The notes beneath the pieces were generated by a model. It saw nothing but the letters and a program-made list of their open reading frames with translations, ran no database searches and was not told the origin of the DNA. This document shows, one piece after another, positions 36,164 to 43,737 of a DNA stretch of 64,000 nt; position 1 is the stretch's first letter, and every line of letters begins with the position of its first letter. The stretch is taken from positions 43,621 through 107,620 of the forward strand of contig CABUKE010000004.1 of NCBI GenBank assembly GCA_902492065.1, in the 5' to 3' direction. Source of the DNA: an uncultured Eubacteriales bacterium. Its GTDB lineage: Bacteria > Bacillota > Clostridia > UBA1381 > UMGS1253. The position numbers were made by a program, and so were the translations under genes.

Positions 36164-37009
36164 CTATATTCCTCCTTTGATACAAATCTCCTGTAGCTTG
36201 TGCATCTGTTCTTCTATTTCGGCCTTTGCGGACACGTTTATGCGTTCGGGGGAGAGGACGGGGACGCCTGCGCCTACCCGGTCGTTGTGGCGCCCGTACT
36301 CCAAAGTCACAATTTCCGGTTGGCAGTGTTCCAGCACAAATTCAAGCGCCTGATATCCCGCGTCGTTGATTTTTGTGTGGCACATGATATCGCCCTGCAC
36401 AATCACCCATCCGTTAATATGGATTTCAACCGTTTTGGAAAGTGGGAGTTGTTTTAGATAGTCAAAAAACGGAATGCCCAGCAACTGCGAGGCGCAGAAT
36501 GCATGGCTGATGTCGAGCAGGAACGCACAGCCGCTCTCATGAATGAGGCGCGTCATGACCGAGGGCTTTAGTAAATCCCCCCATGCGGGTGTATCGCCGT
36601 TTTCGAGTGATACAAACTGCATATGGGAATACTTTTCTTTCAAATACCGGGCATTGCTGACAATTGTTTGAAAGATTTGCTCAAAGGGCTTGTCCGCAGA
36701 GAGCTTGCCCAAGGTTGGATGAAACGACAGTCCCGGCGTTTTTGTCATACGGATGAGCTCGTCTGCAACCGTATCGTCAAAATCTGCCTGCAAAGACGGG
36801 GAGGACAAATCGTGCGGAGCCGGATAAAGCCCATGCAGCAATAGCGGCCTTTTCCTGGTGATACGGCCACAGAAGCACCGGAAGGACTCGGCGTTTTTCA
36901 TGACATCCATTTGAAAGGGAAGTCCCGGATATTTGAAATAATCGAGGTCAATGCTGCCTGCGTCGAAAAGCTGTTCCGTTTCCGGATAGTAATTGCATGC
37001 AAGTTTCAT
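36164..37009 (-). CDS. DUF692 / multinuclear non-heme iron oxidase (MNIO)-like TIM-barrel protein
   Basis: The ordered motifs are LLLHG(H59), LSFHP(H97), SLENG(E136), LLDISH(D166,H169), EIHING(H197), GDIMCH(D207,H211) and TLEYG(E237). They mirror the DUF692 metal-ligand pattern. The assignment is by motif reading only. Confidence 0.55.
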   Translation of the reverse strand: MKLACNYYPETEQLFDAGSIDLDYFKYPGLPFQMDVMKNAESFRCFCGRITRKRPLLLHGLYPAPHDLSSPSLQADFDDTVADELIRMTKTPGLSFHPTLGKLSADKPFEQIFQTIVSNARYLKEKYSHMQFVSLENGDTPAWGDLLKPSVMTRLIHESGCAFLLDISHAFCASQLLGIPFFDYLKQLPLSKTVEIHINGWVIVQGDIMCHTKINDAGYQALEFVLEHCQPEIVTLEYGRHNDRVGAGVPVLSPERINVSAKAEIEEQMHKLQEICIKGGI

Positions 37010-37061
37010 ATGTATCTCTCCATTTTTTATTGAAATTGTACCACCTGCCGACTTCTACACA

Positions 37062-37085
37062 GCAAAAAAGCGCCTATCAGCGCTT
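37062..37085 (-). terminator. hairpin terminator overlapping the VOC gene stop
   Basis: aagcgc-ctatca-gcgctt with a U-run on the minus strand (plus-strand A-run 37064-37069). Confidence 0.55.
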
Positions 37086-37448
37086 TTCTGGTAATATTTC
37101 GCTCCAATAGCCGTCCGGGTCAGCTATAAAGTACAGCCCCATTGCCGTATTTTCAAAACAGATACAGCCCATTTCCTTATGCTTTTTGTACGCCGCGTCG
37201 AAGTCGTCCGTCACAAAAGCCGTGTGTATCTCATTGTCGCCGAGGTTCCAAGGTTCCTTTTTGTCACGGTACCACGTCAGCTCGAGCTTGTGCGCGGACG
37301 TACCGTCCCCAAGAAAGACAATCTTGAAGCTTTTGTCCGCGGCCTCTGTAATTTTGACCGGTGTTAGGCCAAGCGCCTCCTCATAAAAGGCGAGGCTCTT
37401 GTCGAGGTCAAGAACCGTAATATTGTTATGTGCAATCGTAAACCGCAT
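37077..37448 (-). CDS. VOC family protein (glyoxalase I-like)
   Basis: MRFTIAHNNITVLDLDKSLAFYEEALGL... is a typical lactoylglutathione lyase fold. Confidence 0.8.
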   Translation of the reverse strand: MRFTIAHNNITVLDLDKSLAFYEEALGLTPVKITEAADKSFKIVFLGDGTSAHKLELTWYRDKKEPWNLGDNEIHTAFVTDDFDAAYKKHKEMGCICFENTAMGLYFIADPDGYWSEILPEKR

Positions 37449-37470
37449 AACAGGTTCCTCCTTTGATTGT

Positions 37471-38214
37471 TTATTCTGTTTTTTGCAGATACTCCAGCCG
37501 GGCGGTCAGCTCCGCCCAGTCACGGATGTGAAAGCAGTCCATCCCCTGCGGCAGGGACTGCGCCTGGCTTCGGTATGTACACGCCAGCGGGCTATCGTAC
37601 CAGACGGGATATATCCCAACACCGGCTGCGCCCATGACGTCCGCCTCCACATCGTCGCCGCAGAACCATACGTCAGACGTGTACAAATGCGCTTTCTTCA
37701 GCGCGAGCGCAAAAAGTAGTTTGCTCGGCTTGCGATAGATGTATTCGCTTGATGTCATAACAAACTCAAACCGGTTTTCCGGCAGCAGGCGATTCAGCCG
37801 CGCATGGAGCACACTGCTGGAAAAGGATGTGTTGCTGATAACGCCGGTACGGATGCCGCGCCTGTTTAATTCGGAAATCATTTCCCGTGCACCGGGCATG
37901 GGTTCCGCTGGAAACGTATGGTCTATGAAAATTTCTTCTATTTCTTCCGGTGTGCATGAAAACTTGATTTCCAAATATTCATACAATAAACGCTGAAAGT
38001 TCAAATTGTGAATATCGAGCCCCGATGCACGCACCGGCAGCATTATTTCGGAGGACAGCCGGTCCGACACGGCACAGATTTCCTCTGGGCTGTAATGCCC
38101 CGGATTTTCTGTCACATAAGGCATAAGCGCCTGCGTGCCGCGCAGCGCGGACGAGTCGGTTTCATGTATCAGCGTGTGGCCATAGTCAAACAGAATCATT
38201 TTTGGATGCTGCAT
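37471..38214 (-). CDS. HAD family hydrolase
   Basis: Motif I MILFDYGHTL, motif III/IV CGDDVEADVMGA. The start overlaps the upstream stop (TGATG). Confidence 0.8.
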   Translation of the reverse strand: MQHPKMILFDYGHTLIHETDSSALRGTQALMPYVTENPGHYSPEEICAVSDRLSSEIMLPVRASGLDIHNLNFQRLLYEYLEIKFSCTPEEIEEIFIDHTFPAEPMPGAREMISELNRRGIRTGVISNTSFSSSVLHARLNRLLPENRFEFVMTSSEYIYRKPSKLLFALALKKAHLYTSDVWFCGDDVEADVMGAAGVGIYPVWYDSPLACTYRSQAQSLPQGMDCFHIRDWAELTARLEYLQKTE

Positions 38215-39551
38215 CAGGTAGGCTCGCTTTCTTCCGGCGGCGTAAGCAGGCAGACTGTTGCACGCTCCATCCGGTGTTCCTTTACTTCCAAAACTTTGAC
38301 ATGAAGCCCGTATAAATCGAGCTCAAGCTGGCTTCCGTCGTCAGGGATTGTGCCCAGCTCGCCGAATACAAATCCGCTGAATGTTTCGTACTCGTCAACC
38401 GGCAGCGGTACGCCAAGCGCATCTGCCACGTCCTCAAGGTCTGCACTGCCGCGGATATTCCATGTGCCGGAGTCTGTCCGTTCAATTTCCTGTACGGTTA
38501 CATCCGCATCCTCTTCGTCGTCCAGCTCTCCAACAAGCTGCTGAACAAGGTCATTAATTGTTACAATGCCATTCATACCGCCATGCTCGTCGAGCACGAC
38601 CGCAAACTGGGTCCGGCTCTGCTTCATACGGCGGAACAGAACGTCCGCCTTTACGCTTTCCGGCACGAAATACGCCGGCTTTACAGCCTGCTCCATGATG
38701 GTATCGTGGCTTTTGTCCTCCAGACGGAAGTAATCCTTCGCGTTTAAGATGCCAACGACGTTGTCCACGCTCTCGTCACAGACCGGATAGCGCGAATGGC
38801 GCGCCTCGTGGATTGTCTGCGCCCACTGCTCCGGCGTTTCATCCGTCCAGAGAAGCGCAATGTCCGTGCGGTGTGTAGCAAGCTCGCCTGCTGTAATATC
38901 GTCAAACTCAAATACATTTTGAATGATTTCCTTTTCCTCTTCGTCAATGACGCCCTTTTCCCGGCCCGCATCAACCATCATGCGGATTTCTTCCTCTGTG
39001 ACTTCCTCATCGTCAGAGTTCGGGTCGATTCCTATCAGGCGAAGCAGCGCATTGGTCGAGATGGTCAAAAGCCACACAATCGGTGCAAACAGCTTTGAGA
39101 TAAAGGTAATCAGCCCCGACATACCGAGCGCCAACGCCTCCGCCTTTTTCATAGCAACTCGTTTGGGGACAAGCTCACCGAAAATCAGCGTAAAGTACGA
39201 CAGAATAATCGTAATCAATACAACGGAAATGGTATCAAGCGTTGCGTGTGGAATCGGAACGCCAAGCCCAACCAGCCATTCTGACAGCATGTCGGAGAAG
39301 TTATCCGCCGCGAATGCACTGCCCAAGAAGCCTGCCAGCGTGATTGCCACCTGAATCGTCGCCAGAAAGCGTGCCGGCTGGCTTGTCAGCCGGGCGAGGC
39401 GTACTGCACGTTTGTTGCCTTCCTCGGCAAGCTTTGCGAGTTTATTGTCATTAAACGAAATGACGGCGATTTCCGCACAAGCGAATACTGCGTTGAGCGC
39501 GATTAAGATAACCTGAAGTAAGAGCTGCCATAACAGAGAATTGTCGTCCAT
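38214..39551 (-). CDS. hemolysin-family / CNNM-type protein (DUF21-CBS pair-CorC_HlyC)
   Basis: N-terminal DUF21 TM domain (LLLQVILIALNAVFACAEIAVIS), CBS pair and a C-terminal CorC/HlyC domain. Confidence 0.85.
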   Translation of the reverse strand: MDDNSLLWQLLLQVILIALNAVFACAEIAVISFNDNKLAKLAEEGNKRAVRLARLTSQPARFLATIQVAITLAGFLGSAFAADNFSDMLSEWLVGLGVPIPHATLDTISVVLITIILSYFTLIFGELVPKRVAMKKAEALALGMSGLITFISKLFAPIVWLLTISTNALLRLIGIDPNSDDEEVTEEEIRMMVDAGREKGVIDEEEKEIIQNVFEFDDITAGELATHRTDIALLWTDETPEQWAQTIHEARHSRYPVCDESVDNVVGILNAKDYFRLEDKSHDTIMEQAVKPAYFVPESVKADVLFRRMKQSRTQFAVVLDEHGGMNGIVTINDLVQQLVGELDDEEDADVTVQEIERTDSGTWNIRGSADLEDVADALGVPLPVDEYETFSGFVFGELGTIPDDGSQLELDLYGLHVKVLEVKEHRMERATVCLLTPPEESEPT

Positions 39552-39644
39552 AAATAAAGTTCACTCCAATTTGATAATGTATTATTAGGATTTAAGCAAT
39601 CCGGATAAAATATGTATTTGTAAAGAAATCGGATGTTTAAAGAC

Positions 39645-39693
39645 GCAAAAAGCATAGCCTGTCACCACGAATCCTCCGGTGCAGGTTATGCTT
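39645..39693 (-). terminator. long hairpin terminator downstream of the RHH operon
   Basis: aagcatagcctgtcacc...ggtgcaggttatgctt (one G:U pair, one bulge) with flanking A-run and T-run. Confidence 0.6.
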
Positions 39694-39834
39694 TTTATAA
39701 ATCGTTATGATAGGTTTTACCAGGCAAGTTCGACAACCGCCGCTACTGTCACTGTCCATACTGGGCTGTGTACTCCTTTTTTGTTAAATTAGTATAAATA
39801 TAGCATAAATAAAAGCAAAATGCAAGCGTTTTTT

Positions 39835-40032
39835 CTAAAATTTTACCTTTACAGCATCCATACGCTCGTAAAGCATCCGCAGCCGCGCCTTTTGCAGCGC
39901 GAGTTCGTCCTCGTCCACCGGCGCGGCAATGCAGGAGCGGCACAGCCCGCTTTCGCTGACTTCGATGGCATTAAGCAGACATTTGCCCTTTTTCTGATAG
40001 ATGCAGAAAGTGTGTTCACACGTTATTTTCAT
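39835..40032 (-). CDS. Cys-rich 65-aa protein of unknown function
   Basis: MKITCEHTFCIYQKKGKCLLNAIEVSESGLCRSCI... has five Cys in the first 34 residues, followed by an acidic/helical tail. It overlaps the upstream RHH gene by 17 nt. Confidence 0.55.
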   Translation of the reverse strand: MKITCEHTFCIYQKKGKCLLNAIEVSESGLCRSCIAAPVDEDELALQKARLRMLYERMDAVKVKF

Positions 40033-40228
40033 GGCGGGAATCTCCTGTAAGGCATTGGAAGGTAGCTTCTTTTAGGCAATATTCAATCATACTGATAACG
40101 ACGTTATTGAAGCTCGTTTCGTTTTCAGCCGCCAGCTTATTGACTTTTTCAGCGGTAGCTTCGTTTATGTAAAGTGACTTGTATATGCTTTTTGTTTTAT
40201 CTTTTGTCTTTTTCAGTATGAACGCCAT
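40016..40228 (-). CDS. ribbon-helix-helix (CopG/Arc-like) DNA-binding protein
   Basis: The predicted beta strand SLYINEATAEKV is followed by two helices (NKLAAENETSFNNVVISMIEYCLKE). I set the start at ATG 40228, 6 nt after the SD aagaggtgg. The tracked ORF begins at GTG 40237. Confidence 0.65.
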   Translation of the reverse strand: MAFILKKTKDKTKSIYKSLYINEATAEKVNKLAAENETSFNNVVISMIEYCLKEATFQCLTGDSRHENNV

Positions 40229-40281
40229 TTTCGCCACCTCTTATACAAAAAGTATAGACAAAGGCGCAGAAAAAGTATATA

Positions 40282-40295
40282 TTAGAAATTTCTAA
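40282..40295. promoter_or_regulatory. perfect 14-bp palindrome TTAGAAATTTCTAA (candidate RHH operator)
   Basis: Read directly. It lies 54-67 nt upstream of the RHH start, just upstream of a candidate -10 TATACT (40251-40256, minus strand). Confidence 0.45.
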
Positions 40296-40324
40296 TAAAA
40301 ATCCTGTTAGATTTTTCTAACAGG
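40295..40324 (-). terminator. rho-independent terminator of the upstream helical-bundle gene
   Basis: CCTGTTAGA-tttt-TCTAACAGG hairpin (40303-40324) followed on the minus strand by atttttatt. Confidence 0.6.
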
Positions 40325-40375
40325 AAAGAAATAAGGCAGGCATAGGAACCTGCCCTTACAAAGTGGGAGAATGTC

Positions 40376-40810
40376 CTACAAATACTGCCGGATATCGACC
40401 GTCAACTTTTCCTCGAGATTGATCAGCCGCTTGGTAATATCTTTGGAGTATTCGTCCGCCGCCTCATATTGGTTCAGATAGCGGTTGAGGGACTTGACGC
40501 CCATATTGCAGCCGTCGGTAAGCAGGTCGGCAATGGTATTGTCCGACTCGTCCATGGCAAGCTTTGTGTTTGTCTTAATCCATGACATGCCCTTAGCCAT
40601 AGGATTTGGCTCCTTGCCGTCGTCGTGGAACCGGTCGAGCTGGGTCTGGATTTGCCCTTCGAGTTTTTCATGTTCCGTCCGGCAAGTTGCCAGCCGGTCA
40701 CGGAATTTTTGGTTTGATACATAGTCCATGACATCGTCGATTGCGGAAACGCCCATCTTGATTCCGGCGTCGCACTCCCGCAGCAGTTTTATAGTATCTT
40801 GTTCAATCAT
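40376..40810 (-). CDS. helical-bundle protein of unknown function (possibly PA2169/DUF2383-like)
   Basis: 144 aa, strongly helical by composition, SD ggaggcgg. The family name is tentative. Confidence 0.6.
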   Translation of the reverse strand: MIEQDTIKLLRECDAGIKMGVSAIDDVMDYVSNQKFRDRLATCRTEHEKLEGQIQTQLDRFHDDGKEPNPMAKGMSWIKTNTKLAMDESDNTIADLLTDGCNMGVKSLNRYLNQYEAADEYSKDITKRLINLEEKLTVDIRQYL

Positions 40811-40880
40811 GTTTTCCGCCTCCTTCTATCATGCAGTATGCCCCGTTTTGGAAACAATATGAGAAATGGACGGAAAATTA

Positions 40881-40918
40881 AAAATAAAAAAACGTCCTAA
40901 TACTATATCAGGACGTTT
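40881..40918 (-). terminator. rho-independent terminator after tRNA-Gly
   Basis: aaacgtcct...aggacgttt hairpin followed on the minus strand by a long U-run (plus-strand A-run 40881-40890). Confidence 0.65.
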
Positions 40919-40920
40919 TA

Positions 40921-40995
40921 TGGAGCGGAAGACGAGATTCGAACTCGCGACGTTCACCTTGGCAAGGTGACGCTCTACCACTGAGCCACTCCCGC
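40921..40995 (-). tRNA. tRNA-Gly (anticodon GCC), CCA encoded
   Basis: The reverse complement is GCGGGAGTGGCTCAGTGGTAGAGCGTCACCTTGCCAAGGTGAACGTCGCGAGTTCGAATCTCGTCTTCCGCTCCA. It folds as a cloverleaf with a 7-bp acceptor stem, anticodon loop TTGCCAA and T-loop TTCGAAT. Confidence 0.95.
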
Positions 40996-41015
40996 ATGTC
41001 TTTTGGACGAAGATT

Positions 41016-41044
41016 ATTTTAGCACAGATTTCGCAGTTTGTAAA
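41016..41044 (-). promoter_or_regulatory. sigma-A-type promoter TTTACA-17-TAAAAT (TGn extended) for tRNA-Gly
   Basis: On the minus strand, tttaca is at 41044-41039 and taaaat at 41021-41016, about 20 nt upstream of the tRNA 5' end. Confidence 0.55.
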
Positions 41045-41136
41045 GCCCTTTTTTTAAATTTAGGCAAAAAATTTTTTCCTGTTTTCATAAAAATAAAAAA
41101 ACTGTGGAAAATACAGAGAGAAAATTGAAAAAATAC

Positions 41137-41165
41137 TTGCATTGGCAAGCAGGCTGTGGTAAAAT
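41137..41165 (+). promoter_or_regulatory. sigma-A-type promoter TTGCAT-17-TAAAAT (TGn extended) for rplS
   Basis: Motif match read directly. The 70-nt 5' UTR can form CGGgTATaCGG...CCGATAgCCG, a possible L19 leader. I did not verify that. Confidence 0.55.
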
Positions 41166-41236
41166 AGTCGGGTATACGGATGGTCCTCTGCCGATAGCCG
41201 GGCATGAACATCTATGAAGAAGGGAGGCAAATAGAA

Positions 41237-41578
41237 ATGGACATGATTCGATCGCTTACAGAAAGCCAGATCAGGACAGATTTACCTCAGCTTAATATCG
41301 GTGACACATTAAAGGTTTACTTTAAGGTTATCGAGGGTACTCGTGAGAGAATCCAGATGTTCGAAGGAACGCTTATTAAGAAAAACGGCGGTGGAATTTC
41401 GGAAACATTTACGGTAAGACGCGTGTCTTACGGCGTAGGTGTGGAGCGTACATTCCCTGTAAATTCTCCAAAAATCGACAAGATCGAGATTTCGAGAAAA
41501 GGTAAGGTCAGAAGAGCGCGGCTTTATTATCTGCGTGACAGAGTTGGTAAGAGCGCAAAGGTAAAAGAGAGAATATGA
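41237..41578 (+). CDS. rplS: 50S ribosomal protein L19
   Basis: The L19 core is FRVGDT-like ([29 protein letters not shown]). I set the start at ATG 41237 after the SD gaagggagg. Confidence 0.95.
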   Translation: MDMIRSLTESQIRTDLPQLNIGDTLKVYFKVIEGTRERIQMFEGTLIKKNGGGISETFTVRRVSYGVGVERTFPVNSPKIDKIEISRKGKVRRARLYYLRDRVGKSAKVKERI

Positions 41579-41655
41579 CACCAGTGCAAAAGGGACAGGC
41601 TTTGTCCCTTTTGTATTAGCCTTTTTCTTTGAACTATCTGCTGCGGGCAGGAGGA

Positions 41656-42486
41656 ATGGATATGGATGAGAACAAAAGGGAATATGAACCGGAGGAAAAG
41701 CCGGCAAATAAACCGTTTGATGATACGATAGAAGACGAAGATTTGGACATAGATATTGAGGATGAGGACGTTGACAGCGCGGGGATGGAGATTTCCGTGG
41801 AGGCGGCGTCACTGGAGGAGGCGCAGGCCCCTGCACCGCGGTTTAATATTTGGAAGGAAATACGCGAGTGGGTCTTTGCCATTGTACTTGCGCTCCTGGT
41901 TGTGGGTGTAATTAAGGGCTTTCTGTTCGACTTTGTAGTTGTGGACGGCCGTTCTATGCAGACGACGCTGATGGATGGTGACAGACTCATTCTGACAAAA
42001 ATGGGCTACCAGCCCCAGCATGGCGACATCATTGTGCTTGACTCACACTATAAATCGCGTGAGGCATTTATCGCCATGAAAAAGGAAACGCTGGGCGACA
42101 GCTTTGGCTGGTTTGACGAGTTTAAGCTGCGCTGGCTGCCGTGGGAGCAGAAGAAGTATTCCATTGAGCCGCGCCACTATGTGAAGCGCGTGATCGGGCT
42201 TCCCGGCGATACGATTGACATTGACGAAGCAACAGGCGATGTCTATGTCAATGGAGAGAAGATCGACCAGTCGTATTTGGACGAGGGCGTGCACACCTAT
42301 CGTGGGCGGGAGACGCAGTTCCCGTATACGGTGCCAGAGGATTGCGTATTCGTAATGGGCGATAACCGTGAGGACTCGCTTGACAGCCGCTATCAGTCGC
42401 TCGGTGCGGTGCCATATGAGGCGATTTTGGGGAAGGCGGCGTTCCGCTTCTGGCCGCTGAGCTCGTTTGGCAGCGTTTATCATTGA
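41656..42486 (+). CDS. lepB: signal peptidase I with acidic N-terminal extension
   Basis: S26 boxes are present: GRSMQTTL, KRVIGLPGDTIDI and VMGDNREDSLDSRY. The start is ATG 41656 or 41662. Confidence 0.9.
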   Translation: MDMDENKREYEPEEKPANKPFDDTIEDEDLDIDIEDEDVDSAGMEISVEAASLEEAQAPAPRFNIWKEIREWVFAIVLALLVVGVIKGFLFDFVVVDGRSMQTTLMDGDRLILTKMGYQPQHGDIIVLDSHYKSREAFIAMKKETLGDSFGWFDEFKLRWLPWEQKKYSIEPRHYVKRVIGLPGDTIDIDEATGDVYVNGEKIDQSYLDEGVHTYRGRETQFPYTVPEDCVFVMGDNREDSLDSRYQSLGAVPYEAILGKAAFRFWPLSSFGSVYH

Positions 42487-42508
42487 TAAAAGAAAACAAT
42501 AAGTTCTA

Positions 42509-42549
42509 AAAGGGGGTTGGCCGGCAGGTTCGGCAGCCCCTTGTTTTTT
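42509..42549 (+). terminator. rho-independent terminator
   Basis: aaggggg...gcccctt imperfect GC hairpin followed by gtttttt. Confidence 0.6.
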
Positions 42550-42550
42550 A

Positions 42551-42808
42551 AAAGATCGGAATCTACAGTCCCTCTTGCATGCCGCAAAAGGTAAGAAGAT
42601 TAATGGTATTGTAATAGGGCGGGCACAGAAAAGCTGTGATATGTCATATGAAAAGTGGAAGAGTATTTTAACAACAAAAAAAGAGCTAATTGATATTCCA
42701 CTGCTTATTAATTTGGACTTTGGTCATACGACACCGATTTTTACCTTCCCGATCGGCGGATATGCAAAAATAAAGGGAAAACAAATTATTTTTTCAGATA
42801 GCAAGTAA
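42551..42808 (+). pseudogene. C-terminal remnant of an S66 LD-carboxypeptidase (LdcA/MccF-like)
   Basis: The open frame from 42551 reads ...INGIVIGRAQKSCDMSYEKW...IPLLINLDFGHTTPIFTFPIGGYAKIKG. This matches only the last ~85 aa of the ~300-aa S66 family (GH..P..T.P.G motif). There is no N-terminal Ser nucleophile domain and no SD. The segment is markedly AT-rich. Confidence 0.6.
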
Positions 42809-42809
42809 A

Positions 42810-43730
42810 ATGAGAATAGGATATGTGAGAACGATGAATAATACTACAGAAAATTCTGCTAAAACCAATATCAACTGGTATCCGGGCCATATGGCCAAAA
42901 CGCGGCGGCTGATTGATGAAAATTTAAAACTAATCGACGTGGTAGTGGAAATCCTGGATGCGCGCGTTCCGATTTCGAGCCGCAATCCCGACTTTGACAC
43001 GCTTTTTGCGTCGAAGCCGCGCGTCGTCGTAATGAATAAGTTTGATTTGGCGGATGAGCGCGCAACGGCGGCGTGGGAGAAGTGGTACCGCGACAATGGA
43101 GCGCGTGTACTTCTGACCAATTCATTAAACGGCAAAGGCGTGGACCGTCTGGCTGGGGAGGTCAAGCTGGCAATTGCGGACAAGCTTGCGCGCGACGCGG
43201 CACGCGGCGTGACAAAGGCGGTGCGGCTCATGGTCGTCGGGATACCCAACGTCGGTAAGTCGTCGCTGATTAACCGCCTGTCGGGCCGCGCGTCGGCTAA
43301 AACGGGCGACCGTCCGGGTGTGACGCGGGGGAAACAGTGGATTCGGCTGAAAAACGGGATGGAGCTGCTCGACACGCCCGGCATTTTGTGGCCGAAGTTT
43401 GAGGACCAGACGACGGGGATGCACCTGGCGTTCATTGGTTCTATCCGCGATGAAATTATGGATGTGGAAACGCTGGCGTGCAATCTGCTGGAGTATCTGC
43501 GCGACCATTATGCGTCGCTTTTAGTGCAGCGGTACAAGCTCGACGGCGATATTTCGGTCATGGAGGGCTATGAGTTGTTAGAATATATTGGCAAAAAGCG
43601 CGGCTTTGTTGTGTCGGGCGGCGAAATTGATACCTACCGCGGCGCAAACGTGATTCTTGACGAGTTCCGTGCGGCAAAGATCGGCCGTGTTACGCTGGAG
43701 TGGCCGCCGGAGACGGCATTGGATAAGTGA
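42810..43730 (+). CDS. rbgA: ribosome biogenesis GTPase A
   Basis: INWYPGHMAKTRR, circularly permuted GTPase motifs (NKFDL, GIPNVGKSSLIN, DTPG). An alternative start is ATG 42834. Confidence 0.9.
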   Translation: MRIGYVRTMNNTTENSAKTNINWYPGHMAKTRRLIDENLKLIDVVVEILDARVPISSRNPDFDTLFASKPRVVVMNKFDLADERATAAWEKWYRDNGARVLLTNSLNGKGVDRLAGEVKLAIADKLARDAARGVTKAVRLMVVGIPNVGKSSLINRLSGRASAKTGDRPGVTRGKQWIRLKNGMELLDTPGILWPKFEDQTTGMHLAFIGSIRDEIMDVETLACNLLEYLRDHYASLLVQRYKLDGDISVMEGYELLEYIGKKRGFVVSGGEIDTYRGANVILDEFRAAKIGRVTLEWPPETALDK

Positions 43731-43737
43731 GAAAGGA

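Noticed and set aside
39749-39943. A 64-aa minus-strand ORF overlapping the end of the Cys-rich gene.
   Set aside because: It has no SD and an Ala/Gly/Arg shadow composition. It overlaps the better-supported 39835..40032 frame.
39835-40228. A classical type II toxin-antitoxin interpretation of the RHH plus small-protein pair.
   Set aside because: The downstream protein shows no similarity I can recognise to ParE, RelE, MazF, VapC or Doc-type toxins. I kept it as an open finding rather than calling it a TA module.
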